Shown here in pieces: positions 1 through 9,371 of a stretch of DNA of 64,000 bases. Location of the stretch: the NCBI GenBank assembly GCA_903939515.1, contig CAJAHH010000123.1, positions 29,106 through 93,105 of the forward strand, given 5' to 3'. The notes under the pieces are model-generated. The model worked only from the letters and a program-made list of their open reading frames with translations. It was not told where the DNA came from and ran no database searches. How positions within the stretch are numbered: the first letter of the stretch is position 1; every line of letters begins with the position of its first letter. This DNA comes from an uncultured Verrucomicrobiota bacterium. GTDB taxonomy: Bacteria; Verrucomicrobiota; Verrucomicrobiia; Limisphaerales; UBA9464. Position numbers and translations under genes: made by a program.

Positions 1-1311
1 GGAGGCTTGCTGGGTGCGGGCTTCGGCGACTTGTTGCGACTCGAGGCAGCCACAGCCTCGGCCGCCAAGTCGGCGATGAACAAAGCTGCTGCGCCGGGTG
101 CGGCTTCTGGCCAAAAGCCGGTCAACTGCATCCTTATCTGGCTCGATGGAGGCCCCTCCCATTACGAGAGTTTTGATCCCAAACCCGGGGCCCCCTCGGA
201 CATTCGCGGGATTTTTCAGGACATTGCCACGTCGGTGCCGGGGATCCGCTTCAGCGAGGCGGTGCCCGAGTTGGCCAAGGTGGCCGACAAAGCCACGGTG
301 ATCCGATCAGTCTGCCACAAAGACCCCAATCACGGCGGCGGCAACCATTACTTGATGACCGGTTCCCCGACGCCGGTGCCCGTGGCTTGCGGAGCCTATG
401 TGACTTTTCATCCTTCGTTCGGGTCGGTGGTTTCCTGGCAGCGCGGGCAGCGGCACGGCTTGCCACCCTACGTGTCCATTCCCTCGGTGACCCGCAGCGG
501 CGGACCCAATTTTCTTGGTGGCAAGCACTCGGCCTTCGTGATCGATGGCCAGCCCAACTCGGCCGACTTCAAGGTGCGCGACGTAGTGCTGCCGTCGGAG
601 ATAAGCGAGGGGCGGGCGACCAGTCGGCGTGAATTGCGCGGAGCGCTCGACTCGATGGCCCGCTATGCCGATCGCCTGGCCGACGATCCGGCAGTCACCT
701 TCGATCAGTACCTCCAGCAAAGCGTCAATTTGGTGCTCTCGAGTCCGGCTCAGGCGGCATTTGATTTGTCGCGTGAGGACAAGAAGGTGCGCGACGAATA
801 CGGCCGGAATGATTTTGGCCAGCGGCTCCTCATGGCTCGCCGATTGGTAGAGGTCGGGGTGTCTTGGGTCACCGTCAATTCCGGCGGATGGGATCACCAC
901 ACCAAACTCTTTGAAGCGTACAAGGGCGATTCGGTTCGCAACATGGACCGCGGGGTGGCCGCGCTCATCCGAGATCTCGACCAGCGGGGACTTCTGGATT
1001 CGACGCTGGTGGTATTGCTAGGTGAGTTCGGCCGCACCCCCAAGGTGAACAAGGATGCCGGGCGTGACCATTGGCCCCATGCGATGTCCATTCTCATGGC
1101 TGGCGGCGGTTGCCCCCGGGGCGCGGTGATCGGTGCCACCGATGCCAAGGGCTATGCCGCCTCGGAGGCCGTGTATCGGCCCGAAGACTTTGCCGCCTCC
1201 CTTTATTGGAAGATGGGGATTGATCCCAACCAGGTGCTCCACACTAACACCGGCCGGCCGGTGCAGTTGGTGAACAATGGGCGCCGCATCCGCGAGATCT
1301 TCACCACGTGA
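1..1311 (+). CDS. DUF1501 domain-containing protein (sulfatase/alkaline-phosphatase-like); 5' end probably outside the window
   Basis: ORF 7..1311 is open to the window edge. Motifs NCILIWLDGGPSHYESFDPKP, SGGWDHH and GEFGRTPKVNKDAGRDHWP are shared with the three other DUF1501 paralogs here. Confidence 0.85.
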   Translation, partial: GGLLGAGFGDLLRLEAATASAAKSAMNKAAAPGAASGQKPVNCILIWLDGGPSHYESFDPKPGAPSDIRGIFQDIATSVPGIRFSEAVPELAKVADKATVIRSVCHKDPNHGGGNHYLMTGSPTPVPVACGAYVTFHPSFGSVVSWQRGQRHGLPPYVSIPSVTRSGGPNFLGGKHSAFVIDGQPNSADFKVRDVVLPSEISEGRATSRRELRGALDSMARYADRLADDPAVTFDQYLQQSVNLVLSSPAQAAFDLSREDKKVRDEYGRNDFGQRLLMARRLVEVGVSWVTVNSGGWDHHTKLFEAYKGDSVRNMDRGVAALIRDLDQRGLLDSTLVVLLGEFGRTPKVNKDAGRDHWPHAMSILMAGGGCPRGAVIGATDAKGYAASEAVYRPEDFAASLYWKMGIDPNQVLHTNTGRPVQLVNNGRRIREIFTT

Positions 1312-1322
1312 GGTTTTCTGGT

Positions 1323-3017
1323 ATGAGCAGGAGTCGATCCTGGGTGCCGTGGTTGGTGGCATTTCTGATGGCCTTCGGCGGGCTTCGGGCCGCAGTCCCG
1401 GTCTTGGATCAGGTCTTTCCCGCGGCGATCCAGATCGGGACCACTCAGTTGGTCACTTTGGTGGGTAAATTCGATCCCTGGCCCACCCGGCTCGATTTGG
1501 ACATTCCCGGGGTGTCCTGGGAACCCACCACCAACAACGGTGTCATCCGTGTCCGTGTCGCTCCGGAGGCTTCAGTCGGTCCTCGGGTGATTCGGGCCTT
1601 TTCACCGGAAGGAGTGAGTGAGCCCCGCTTCATCATCCTTTCGCAGCGGCCACAACAGGCCGAGGTGGAGCCCAACGATGCGGTGCCCGCGGCCCAGGCA
1701 TTGACTCGCTTCCCGGCTGAGGTAACTGGGCGTCTCGAGAAGAACGGTGACGTGGACAGCTATGCGGTGAACCTCCGCGCCGGTCAGACCCTCGTGGCTC
1801 GGTTGGAAGCCTACACCCTCCAGTCGCCGCTAGATCCGGTGCTGCGGTTGTTGGATTCCCGCGGCGTGCAGGTGGCTTGGAATCATGATGAGGTGCGCTC
1901 ACTGGACCCGCTCTTGGCTTGGCGGGTTGAAACCAGCGGAACCTATGTGCTCCAAGTGTTCGGGTTTGCCTATCCCGCCGATTCGGATCTGCGCTTCAGC
2001 GGGAGTCCCAAAGGGGGTTACCGTTTTCATGTCACCACCGATCCTGTGGCCCGGCATGCGTGGCCACTGGGTGTTAGTCGCACGATGGATACCCGGGTAA
2101 GCTGGGGTGATTGGGGGGCCTCCTCCGTCTCGACCGAAGCAATTGAGGTGCCCGCTTCGGTCGTTGCGCCGGGCGTCGTCTCTCACTCCCTTCGGATCCC
2201 TGGTCGCGCGGTGCCCTTGGAGTTGCCGGTGGGCGAAGGAAAGGAGTGGGTTGAAATCGAACCCAATGACTTGGCGGCCACGGCGCAGGCATTGGGAGTA
2301 CCCTCGGCCGTTTCCGGCGACCTCGATCGTCCGGGGGACGAAGATCGCTACCGGCTTTCGTGTCAAAAGGGAGAACTGCTTCGGTTGGAAGTTCAGGCCG
2401 CGAGCCTCGGATTTCCCCTCGATGCCTGGCTCCGGATTGAAGACGCCTCCGGCAAGGAGTTGGTCCGCAACGATGACGCCGGAGGGGCTGATCCGGTGCT
2501 CGACTGGACCTCGCCCGAGACCGCCGAGTACCGCGTGGTGGTGGGCAATTTGCTGCAGCGGGGTGGTCAAGATCAGCGCTACCGACTCTCACTCCAACGT
2601 CCGAAGCCCGTGTGGAGCGCTTCGATGGCCGAGTCGGCCTGGTCACTGGAGCCCGGAAAAACAAACGAATCAAAAGTGACGCTCACCCGCCGATACGGTG
2701 CGGACATGAAGTTGACCGTCTCGGTGCGCGGGCTGCCGGCGGGGGTGCGTGTCGATCCCGTGGAGGTCGCAGAAAAGGCGGACGCAGCGACCCTGCGTTG
2801 GATCGCTGCAACCAATGCCGCTCCGTTTTCAGGCCCCGTTTCCATCGATGTCTCGAGCTCGAGCCCAGCCGCCGTTCAGGAAGCACGGTTTTCTCTAATT
2901 AGTGCCGGGGAGAACAACGGTGTTCCCCAGGGCTTTCGGCGTTTGGTGGTTGAGTCGATCTCGCGTCCGTGGTTGACGGTCCTTCGAACCCCGTCCGCGC
3001 CAGCTGAAAAGAAGTGA
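1323..3017 (+). CDS. Secreted protein with two pre-peptidase C-terminal (PPC)-like domains
   Basis: Signal-peptide-like N-terminus MSRSRSWVPWLVAFLMAFGGLRA from ATG 1323 (track start is GTG 1308). Two EPND...A..L...GDxDxY blocks: EVEPNDAVPAAQAL..GDVDSYAV and EIEPNDLAATAQAL..GDEDRYRL. Confidence 0.65.
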   Translation: MSRSRSWVPWLVAFLMAFGGLRAAVPVLDQVFPAAIQIGTTQLVTLVGKFDPWPTRLDLDIPGVSWEPTTNNGVIRVRVAPEASVGPRVIRAFSPEGVSEPRFIILSQRPQQAEVEPNDAVPAAQALTRFPAEVTGRLEKNGDVDSYAVNLRAGQTLVARLEAYTLQSPLDPVLRLLDSRGVQVAWNHDEVRSLDPLLAWRVETSGTYVLQVFGFAYPADSDLRFSGSPKGGYRFHVTTDPVARHAWPLGVSRTMDTRVSWGDWGASSVSTEAIEVPASVVAPGVVSHSLRIPGRAVPLELPVGEGKEWVEIEPNDLAATAQALGVPSAVSGDLDRPGDEDRYRLSCQKGELLRLEVQAASLGFPLDAWLRIEDASGKELVRNDDAGGADPVLDWTSPETAEYRVVVGNLLQRGGQDQRYRLSLQRPKPVWSASMAESAWSLEPGKTNESKVTLTRRYGADMKLTVSVRGLPAGVRVDPVEVAEKADAATLRWIAATNAAPFSGPVSIDVSSSSPAAVQEARFSLISAGENNGVPQGFRRLVVESISRPWLTVLRTPSAPAEKK

Positions 3018-3303
3018 GCCGGAACGCGTTGCTTGGATGGGTTGGGCTGGCGGAACTGCCTCTGGCCAGTGATGGGCCCTTGGCTCGCGAGGAGCCTCGG
3101 GAAAGTCCTGATACTCCAGAGTCTTTTGGTTGGACGCCCAATACTCGTCCGCAAAAAGAATCGGACGTGCTGGGTGTTTTTCTCCCCGATGGGATGGTTT
3201 CGGCTAAAGATTTTCCTTTCGGGGAGTAAGGCCAAAACTTCCTTGACGGCGTTTGAGTCTTTGGCTTGCGACTGCGCTGCCATTGGTGATATAAAGCTCA
3301 CCT

Positions 3304-4059
3304 ATGGCAGCCATCGGCCGGTTCCAAAAGGGTGAGGATATCTTCCACGCCAAGGTCGTCGACGGGGAGATTTTCAAGCTTCAGGGTGATGTCTTTGGCT
3401 CTCCATCCTTCGAGAAAAAACCGACTCCGCTCAAGGGTGTCAAGACGTTGACCCCGGTCCAACCGTCTAAGATTATCGCGGTCGGTTTGAATTATGCCGA
3501 TCATGCTCGGGAGGCCGGGATGACGTTGCCCAAGGAACCACTCTTCTGGCTGAAGGCTCCGACCTCGCTCATCCCCGACGGCGCCAAGATCGAGATTCCC
3601 TTTGCCAACCATCGCAACGATTTCGAGGCCGAGCTCGCCGTAGTCATCGGGCGCAAGATGCGCAATGTCACTCCGGCCGCGGCTGCTCGTTACATCTTTG
3701 GTTACACGGCTGCCCAAGACATCACCGATCGGACGATCCAAGCCAGCGAGAGCCAGTTTGCGCGGTCGAAGTCCTTCGACACGTTCACGCCGCTGGGGCC
3801 TTACATCGAGACCAAGATCGATCCGCATGACCTGAGCATCCAGCTCTTCCAGAACGGTCAGTTGCGCCAGAACGGCAACACCAGCCAGATGATCTTCAAC
3901 TGCTTCCATCTGGTGAGCTTCATTTCTACCAACATGACCCTCCTTCCGGGTGACGTGATCCTCACGGGGACACCCAGCGGAGTGGGAACCATTGAGTCCG
4001 GCGACCGTCTCGAGGTCCGGATTCAGGGAATGGCTCCGCTGGTCAACACGGTAAAGTGA
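3304..4059 (+). CDS. Fumarylacetoacetate hydrolase (FAH) family protein
   Basis: Motifs GLNYADHAREAG, FEAELAVVIGRK and GDVILTGTPSGVG over 251 aa. Confidence 0.85.
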   Translation: MAAIGRFQKGEDIFHAKVVDGEIFKLQGDVFGSPSFEKKPTPLKGVKTLTPVQPSKIIAVGLNYADHAREAGMTLPKEPLFWLKAPTSLIPDGAKIEIPFANHRNDFEAELAVVIGRKMRNVTPAAAARYIFGYTAAQDITDRTIQASESQFARSKSFDTFTPLGPYIETKIDPHDLSIQLFQNGQLRQNGNTSQMIFNCFHLVSFISTNMTLLPGDVILTGTPSGVGTIESGDRLEVRIQGMAPLVNTVK

Positions 4060-4196
4060 TCTTCGCAAACTGAGCGCCCCATGCACAGGCCTCCTGGACG
4101 GGGGTGCTCAATGACTCTATCGGCCCCTCGGAATGAACCTTGGGGCCTCTTTCTTTCCCACTGGCCTCCCGACCCCACACCCCCACAGACTTTCCC

Positions 4197-5942
4197 ATGC
4201 TTTGGTCTCAAACGTTCATTCCGACCCTCAAGGAAACCCCCGCGGATGCAGAAATCGTATCCCATCAACTCTTGCTGCGTGCAGGGTTGGTTCGAAAGCT
4301 GACGGGTGGTTTGTACACGTTCCTGCCGCTGGGCCTGAAGGTGTTGCGCAAGATCGAGCAAATCATTCGCGAGGAGATGAACCGGGCCGGAGGTATCGAG
4401 GTGCTCATGCCGGCCTTGCAACCCATCGACATTTGGCAGCAGTCGGGGCGCTATGAGACGGCCTCCGGGGTGTTGTTCAAGGTGCGGGATTCGGCCCGCA
4501 AGGAGTGGGTCCTCGGGCCCACTCACGAAGAGGTCATCACCTCGCTCGCAGCCAACGAGCTGAACTCCTACCGGCAGCTCCCGAAGAATTTCTACCAAAT
4601 TCAGACCAAGTTCCGGGATGAGATCCGCCCGCGCTTTGGTTTGATGCGCGCTAAGGAGTTCTTGATGAAGGACGCCTATTCCTTCGACGCCACCGATGCT
4701 GGGGCGATGACGAGCTACCACAAGATGTACGACGCCTACACCCGTATCTTTGCCCGGTGCGGGTTGCAGGCCTTCCCCGTCGAAGCCGATACCGGGGTCA
4801 TTGGCGGCAATTATTCCCACGAGTTCATGGTGCCGGCCGAGACCGGTGAGAATGACGTGGTCTATTGTGAGTCCGGCAAGTATGCGGCCAACATCGAGAA
4901 GGCCGTCAGCCGTGGGCCCGCTGAAGCGACGCCTTCAGAATCCACCGGAACGGCGCCCGAGAAGTTCGCCACCCCGGGCGTGGTCACCATTGATGCCCTC
5001 TCGGCTTCCCCTTACGGAGTGTCGGCCCGGCACCAGGTCAAGACCCTAGTGTTCGTTGCCGATTCGAAGCCCATTCTGGTGCTCATCCGGGGAGACGACT
5101 CGCTCAATGAGGCCAAGCTCATGGCCAAGACGGGTGCGGTCCAAGTTCGTCAGGCGACTGCCGACGAGATCGTGGAGTTGCTCGGTGCCCGCCCGGGTTC
5201 TCTGGGCGCGGTCAGTGCCACCCTCAAGACGCCGGCGGTGCCCGTTTATGCCGACGAAGCCCTGCGCGGGGCCCGGGGCATGACCACAGGGGCCAATGAA
5301 GACGGTTTCCATCTGCGCCATGTCGAGGTGGACCGCGATCTGAAGGTCACGGCCTGGTACGATCTGCGCACCGTCAAGGTGGGCGAGCTGTGCGTAGAGA
5401 CCGCTCAACCCCTGAAGATCCGCCGGGCGATCGAAGTGGGGCACGTCTTCAAACTGGGGACCAAATATTCGGAGAAGCTCAATGCCACCTTCTTGGCTGA
5501 GGATGGTTCCCGCCATCCGGCGGTGATGGGTTGCTACGGCATTGGCGTGACCCGGACGCTTCAGGCCGTCATCGAGCAGTGCAATGACAAGGACGGCATC
5601 CGTTGGCCCGTGAGCGTAGCGCCCTTCACGGTGTGCATCACGCCGCTGGCGGTGGCGCCCGAGAGTCAGCCGATGACACTGGCCCGTGAATTGGCCGCCA
5701 CTCTGGAAGCCGCAGGCATTGAGGCCATTCTGGATGACCGCGATGAGCGTCCGGGCGTGAAGTTCAAGGACAGCGAATTGGTGGGATTCCCGCTGCGGGT
5801 GAATCTGGGGGAGAAATCGCTGGCTAAGGGCGAGATCGAGCTCAAGCCGCGCGGAGGCACGATGCGCATGGTTCCCATCGCCGATGCCGCCGCCGAGGTG
5901 ATCGCCTGGGTTCGCGCCGAATCAGCCCGTCTGCAAGGCTGA
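4197..5942 (+). CDS. proS: Proline--tRNA ligase (bacterial type with editing insertion)
   Basis: N-terminus MLWSQTFIPTLKETPADAEIVSHQLLLRAG from ATG 4197. Class II motifs FRDEIRPRFGLMRAKEFLMKDAYSF and GCYGIGVTR. The track ORF starts upstream at 4140. Confidence 0.95.
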   Translation: MLWSQTFIPTLKETPADAEIVSHQLLLRAGLVRKLTGGLYTFLPLGLKVLRKIEQIIREEMNRAGGIEVLMPALQPIDIWQQSGRYETASGVLFKVRDSARKEWVLGPTHEEVITSLAANELNSYRQLPKNFYQIQTKFRDEIRPRFGLMRAKEFLMKDAYSFDATDAGAMTSYHKMYDAYTRIFARCGLQAFPVEADTGVIGGNYSHEFMVPAETGENDVVYCESGKYAANIEKAVSRGPAEATPSESTGTAPEKFATPGVVTIDALSASPYGVSARHQVKTLVFVADSKPILVLIRGDDSLNEAKLMAKTGAVQVRQATADEIVELLGARPGSLGAVSATLKTPAVPVYADEALRGARGMTTGANEDGFHLRHVEVDRDLKVTAWYDLRTVKVGELCVETAQPLKIRRAIEVGHVFKLGTKYSEKLNATFLAEDGSRHPAVMGCYGIGVTRTLQAVIEQCNDKDGIRWPVSVAPFTVCITPLAVAPESQPMTLARELAATLEAAGIEAILDDRDERPGVKFKDSELVGFPLRVNLGEKSLAKGEIELKPRGGTMRMVPIADAAAEVIAWVRAESARLQG

Positions 5943-5969
5943 GAGCCGTTTGCTAAAAAGGGGGCCCGG

Positions 5970-6452
5970 TCAGCAACTGGTCGGGACCTCTTGCAGCACC
6001 TCCACACAGTGGGGGATGGCCTGCACCACGAAGCCGAGGCATTCGACCGCACCGCGGGGCTTGCCCGGCAGGCAAATGACCAGAGTGTGATCGACGACTG
6101 CGGCCAGGTTGCGAGAAAGGATCGCGTTGGGTGTGATCTTCAGGCTCTCCATGCGCATTTGTTCGCCGAAGCCGGGGAGTTCACGGATGGCAATTTCGCG
6201 GACCGCCTCTGGGGTGACATCGCGCAGCGCGACCCCGGTGCCCCCGGTCGTTAGCACCAGCGCACACCCTTTGCTGATGAGCGAACGAATCGCCCGCTGG
6301 ATGTCCTGGATCTCGTCGGGTACCAGGACACTCTCGAGGACAGTCCATCCGTAGCCCACCGAAGCTTCCTGAAGGGCGGGGCCACCCAGATCGTCGTAAA
6401 GTCCCTTCGAGGCCCGATCGGAAACGGTGATAATGCCCACGTTGAGTTGCAT
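5970..6452 (-). CDS. mog: Molybdenum cofactor biosynthesis protein, MogA/MoaB family
   Basis: MQLNVGIITVSDRASKG... and LVLTTGGTGVALRDVTPEA. An internal Met at 6452 is the preferred start; the track ORF runs to 6518. Confidence 0.8.
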   Translation of the reverse strand: MQLNVGIITVSDRASKGLYDDLGGPALQEASVGYGWTVLESVLVPDEIQDIQRAIRSLISKGCALVLTTGGTGVALRDVTPEAVREIAIRELPGFGEQMRMESLKITPNAILSRNLAAVVDHTLVICLPGKPRGAVECLGFVVQAIPHCVEVLQEVPTSC

Positions 6453-6514
6453 GGGGAGATGAAAGCCGGATCGGGCCAACATCGCAGCACCAGAATCTTG
6501 GAGGGCGTGGACCG

Positions 6515-7129
6515 TCAAATCCGCTTGGAGGCCGGTCCGAGTGGGTTACGGAGTTCTTGCACCATCACGAGTGCCAATGCCAGGGCATCGGCGGCATCGG
6601 GGTCGGGGATCTCGATCAGGCCGAGTTGCCGTTGGACCATTTTGGCGACGGCGATTTTCTGCGCCGCTCCATAGCCCACCATCGCCAGTTTCACTTTCCT
6701 CGGGGAGATCTCATGGATTTCGATTCCCGTTCGTGCCACAGCGGCGAGTGCGGCCCCACGAGCTTCTCCCATGATGAGAGCTGTCTGGAGATTTTGGGCG
6801 AAGAAAAGGCCTTCGCAGGCGCAGAGGGCCGGCGGATGGCGTTGGACCACTTCCGTCAGGATGCGACCGATTTCGCCCAAGCAACGCGAGCGCTCCCAAG
6901 ATTTCGGGCAATGAATGGTCCCGGCCTCCACAAAGGTGGGGCCTTGGGCTCCGATCCGGATCACGCCCCAGCCTGTCCCTCGCAAGGACGGATCAATGCC
7001 CAGTACTCGGGAGCCTTCCGGGAGGTGCAGACCGGATTCGGGCAGCACAGGGGATCCACCGGAGGCGGTCGGCGTCCGCCCGGACAGGCGGGCTTCCATG
7101 GCGGCGAATTGTTTGGGGCTGACACCCAT
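6515..7129 (-). CDS. ruvC: Crossover junction endodeoxyribonuclease RuvC
   Basis: VLGIDPSLRGTGWGVI, EGLFFAQNLQTALIMGEARG and DAADALALAL. The N-terminal extension makes the start uncertain. Confidence 0.85.
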   Translation of the reverse strand: MGVSPKQFAAMEARLSGRTPTASGGSPVLPESGLHLPEGSRVLGIDPSLRGTGWGVIRIGAQGPTFVEAGTIHCPKSWERSRCLGEIGRILTEVVQRHPPALCACEGLFFAQNLQTALIMGEARGAALAAVARTGIEIHEISPRKVKLAMVGYGAAQKIAVAKMVQRQLGLIEIPDPDAADALALALVMVQELRNPLGPASKRI

Positions 7130-7133
7130 GGGA

Positions 7134-7502
7134 TTAGTGTGTTTTGGAACGTCTGCGGGTGGTGAGTTTCGGTGGTGTGGTAGTGCTCTCGCCCAGCCAG
7201 TTCAGATACTTTTCCGAACCTGCCACAATGGGTAGCACGAGGAACTGAGGGGTGTCGTAGGGGTGGTTGGCGATCACCAAAGCTTCGAGTTTGGGCAATA
7301 ATCGGGAGCGAGTCTTGAACACCACCCTCCATTCCTTTCCGGACTCCACAACTCCCTGCCAGCGGTAAACGGACTCCACCGGTCCGGAGATCTGAGCGCA
7401 GGCGGCAAGCCCCGACTCCACGGACAGTCGGCTCAATTTCACCGCCAAAGGTCGGCGGGGCACGGTCACCCAGGCGGTAACGAAGGATCGGGCGGTCTTC
7501 AT
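7134..7502 (-). CDS. cutA: Divalent-cation tolerance protein CutA
   Basis: ACAQISGPVESVYRWQGVVESGKEW...HPYDTPQFLVLP over 122 aa. Confidence 0.85.
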   Translation of the reverse strand: MKTARSFVTAWVTVPRRPLAVKLSRLSVESGLAACAQISGPVESVYRWQGVVESGKEWRVVFKTRSRLLPKLEALVIANHPYDTPQFLVLPIVAGSEKYLNWLGESTTTPPKLTTRRRSKTH

Positions 7503-7552
7503 GCTGTCATAGATGAACAGTGTCTCCGCGGCAACCCGGGTTCAAAGAGGTA

Positions 7553-7580
7553 TTGATTTTTTCAAAGATGATTATACACT
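7553..7580 (+). promoter_or_regulatory. Candidate sigma70-type promoter (TTGATT-N16-TACACT) for the DUF2892/thioredoxin pair
   Basis: Lies in an AT-rich divergent gap between cutA(-) and 7620(+). Hexamers were read directly. The promoter consensus for this phylum is not well known to me. Confidence 0.2.
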
Positions 7581-7619
7581 CATAAACAGAAAAACAACCC
7601 ACAGACAATCCGACCCAAC

Positions 7620-7841
7620 ATGACGACTGAGAAAATAATTCGTGTACTCGCCGGATCGATGGTCCTGATTAGTGTTTGCCTTACCCACTTCATCAGCCAT
7701 TGGTGGTTGTTGATGACCTGCTTTGTGGGGATCAATCTTATCCAGTCCGCCCTCACCGGATTTTGTCCGGCAGGGATCATTCTCAAAAAGCTGGGCATCG
7801 GTTCGGGCAATTGCTGCTCACCATCGGATCAGCCGCGTTAA
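7620..7841 (+). CDS. DUF2892 (YgaP-like) small membrane protein
   Basis: 73 aa with two hydrophobic helices and a cysteine-rich tail: RVLAGSMVLISVCL...INLIQSALTGFCPAGIILKKLGI..GNCC. Confidence 0.7.
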   Translation: MTTEKIIRVLAGSMVLISVCLTHFISHWWLLMTCFVGINLIQSALTGFCPAGIILKKLGIGSGNCCSPSDQPR

Positions 7842-7844
7842 ATC

Positions 7845-8306
7845 ATGACTCACCTGACAGCAGACAGCCGGGGTTTGATTCTCTCTTGTCCGTCCTGTTC
7901 TCAGGCCAATCGGCAGGTCTATCGCCAGTGGGATGCGGCGATCCGCTGTGGTCGTTGCAAAGAGGAGTTGGTGAGGCCACCCGCCGTGATTGAGGTCCGT
8001 GACCCGCTGAGTTTCCGAGCTTTGGTGGCTGAGGTGTCCGGCCCCGTCTTTGTGGATTTTTGGGCACCTTGGTGCGGACCGTGTCGGAGTGTGGCCCCAG
8101 AAATTGAACGACTGGCCGGCCTGATGGAGCGCGAGGCACTGATTATCAAGGTGAACACGGAGGAGGTGCCGGAGGTCGCCTCGGAGCATCGTATTGAGAG
8201 CATTCCGACCTTCGTGGTCTTTCATCGCGGGATCGAGATGACCCGAACCTCTGGCTCCATGTCGGCCACTCGGTTGAAGTCGTTCATTCAGCAAGCAATT
8301 CGTTGA
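7845..8306 (+). CDS. trxC: Thioredoxin with N-terminal zinc-finger (TrxC/Trx2-like)
   Basis: N-terminal CPSC...CGRC pair, then FVDFWAPWCGPCR active site. It starts 3 nt after the DUF2892 stop. Confidence 0.8.
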   Translation: MTHLTADSRGLILSCPSCSQANRQVYRQWDAAIRCGRCKEELVRPPAVIEVRDPLSFRALVAEVSGPVFVDFWAPWCGPCRSVAPEIERLAGLMEREALIIKVNTEEVPEVASEHRIESIPTFVVFHRGIEMTRTSGSMSATRLKSFIQQAIR

Positions 8307-8339
8307 GGGTTTGATCCAATCCGAAATGGGGTCTTTCTA

Positions 8340-9371
8340 ATGGCAAGAAAAAATTCAATGAAATGGGTCTTTCTGGGGCTCCTCTCTGTAATGGTTGGCT
8401 GCAGTCCCGACCCGAAGCCACGAGCACCCTCAGTGGCATGGCCAGCAGCCCGGGTCCGGGTGGCGACGGTGGAAATTCATGGTCTCACCGCCACCGAAGA
8501 GGTGGTAGGCACCGTGAGAACCCGACTCCATGCGACCGTGGAGGCAAAGGTGGTCGGTCGGATCGAATCGCTCACGGTGGCGCCGGGTCAGACGGTGCGT
8601 CAGGGACAAGTTCTAGCCACGTTGGATGCTCGCGAGACTCAGGCCCGTCTCGATTCTACCAAGGCGGTCTTGGATCAGGCAGCGCGGGACCTGGAACGGA
8701 TGGCCAGGCTGCTCAAGGACGGTGCTGCGACCCCCTCCGAGTTAGAGGCCGTCCAGTCGCGTCATCGCGTGGCGGTGGCTTTGATGTCCGAAATGGAGAC
8801 ATTGCTGGGCCACACTCGGGTGGTGGCTCCCTTTGATGGGGTAATCACCCGCAAGGCGGTGGATGTCGGGGATTTGGCCACTCCAGGGAGGCCTTTGGTG
8901 GAAATTGAGGATCCGACACAGTTGCGGTTTGAGGCGGATGTTCCGGAATCCCTGATCGACCAGATTTCATCCGGTGCCCGGTTGCCCGTGCGCATCGCCT
9001 CCCGAACGGATTCGATCGAAGGCGTGGTTGTGGAAATGGCTCCGGTGGCCGAGGCGATTAGCCGAACCCATCGGGTGACCTTGGACTTGCCGGTTTTGCC
9101 AGGACTGCGGGCCGGTCAGTTCGGCCGGGTAGCGGTGCTGACAGGACAAACTACCGTGCCGCATGTTCCGTCCGTCGCAGTTTTTCAGAGGGGGCAGTTG
9201 GAATACGTGGTCGTAGCTTTTGAGGGCAGGGCGCAGTTGAGACTTGTCCGCACTGGAAAACGTCTAGCGTCGGATGTGGAGGTGATTTCTGGGCTGGAAA
9301 TCGGAGAGAAGGTGGTCGCTATGGATCCGGATCGGGTGCGTGAGGGTCAGCCGCTGGAGGTGATCCCGTGA
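8340..9371 (+). CDS. Efflux RND transporter periplasmic adaptor subunit (lipoprotein)
   Basis: Lipobox LSVMVGC, a coiled-coil stretch [30 protein letters not shown], and a beta-barrel-like C-terminus. Overlaps the downstream permease by 4 nt. Confidence 0.85.
   Translation: MARKNSMKWVFLGLLSVMVGCSPDPKPRAPSVAWPAARVRVATVEIHGLTATEEVVGTVRTRLHATVEAKVVGRIESLTVAPGQTVRQGQVLATLDARETQARLDSTKAVLDQAARDLERMARLLKDGAATPSELEAVQSRHRVAVALMSEMETLLGHTRVVAPFDGVITRKAVDVGDLATPGRPLVEIEDPTQLRFEADVPESLIDQISSGARLPVRIASRTDSIEGVVVEMAPVAEAISRTHRVTLDLPVLPGLRAGQFGRVAVLTGQTTVPHVPSVAVFQRGQLEYVVVAFEGRAQLRLVRTGKRLASDVEVISGLEIGEKVVAMDPDRVREGQPLEVIP

Noticed and set aside
2876-3301. 141-aa minus-strand ORF in the 286-bp gap before the FAH gene
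   Set aside because: It overlaps the 3' end of the PPC-domain gene, and has no motif or start context. The gap more likely holds the FAH gene promoter.
3298-4820. Long minus-strand ORFs 3298..4086 and 4023..4820
   Set aside because: They are antisense shadows of the FAH-family gene and proS, both of which have clear catalytic motifs.
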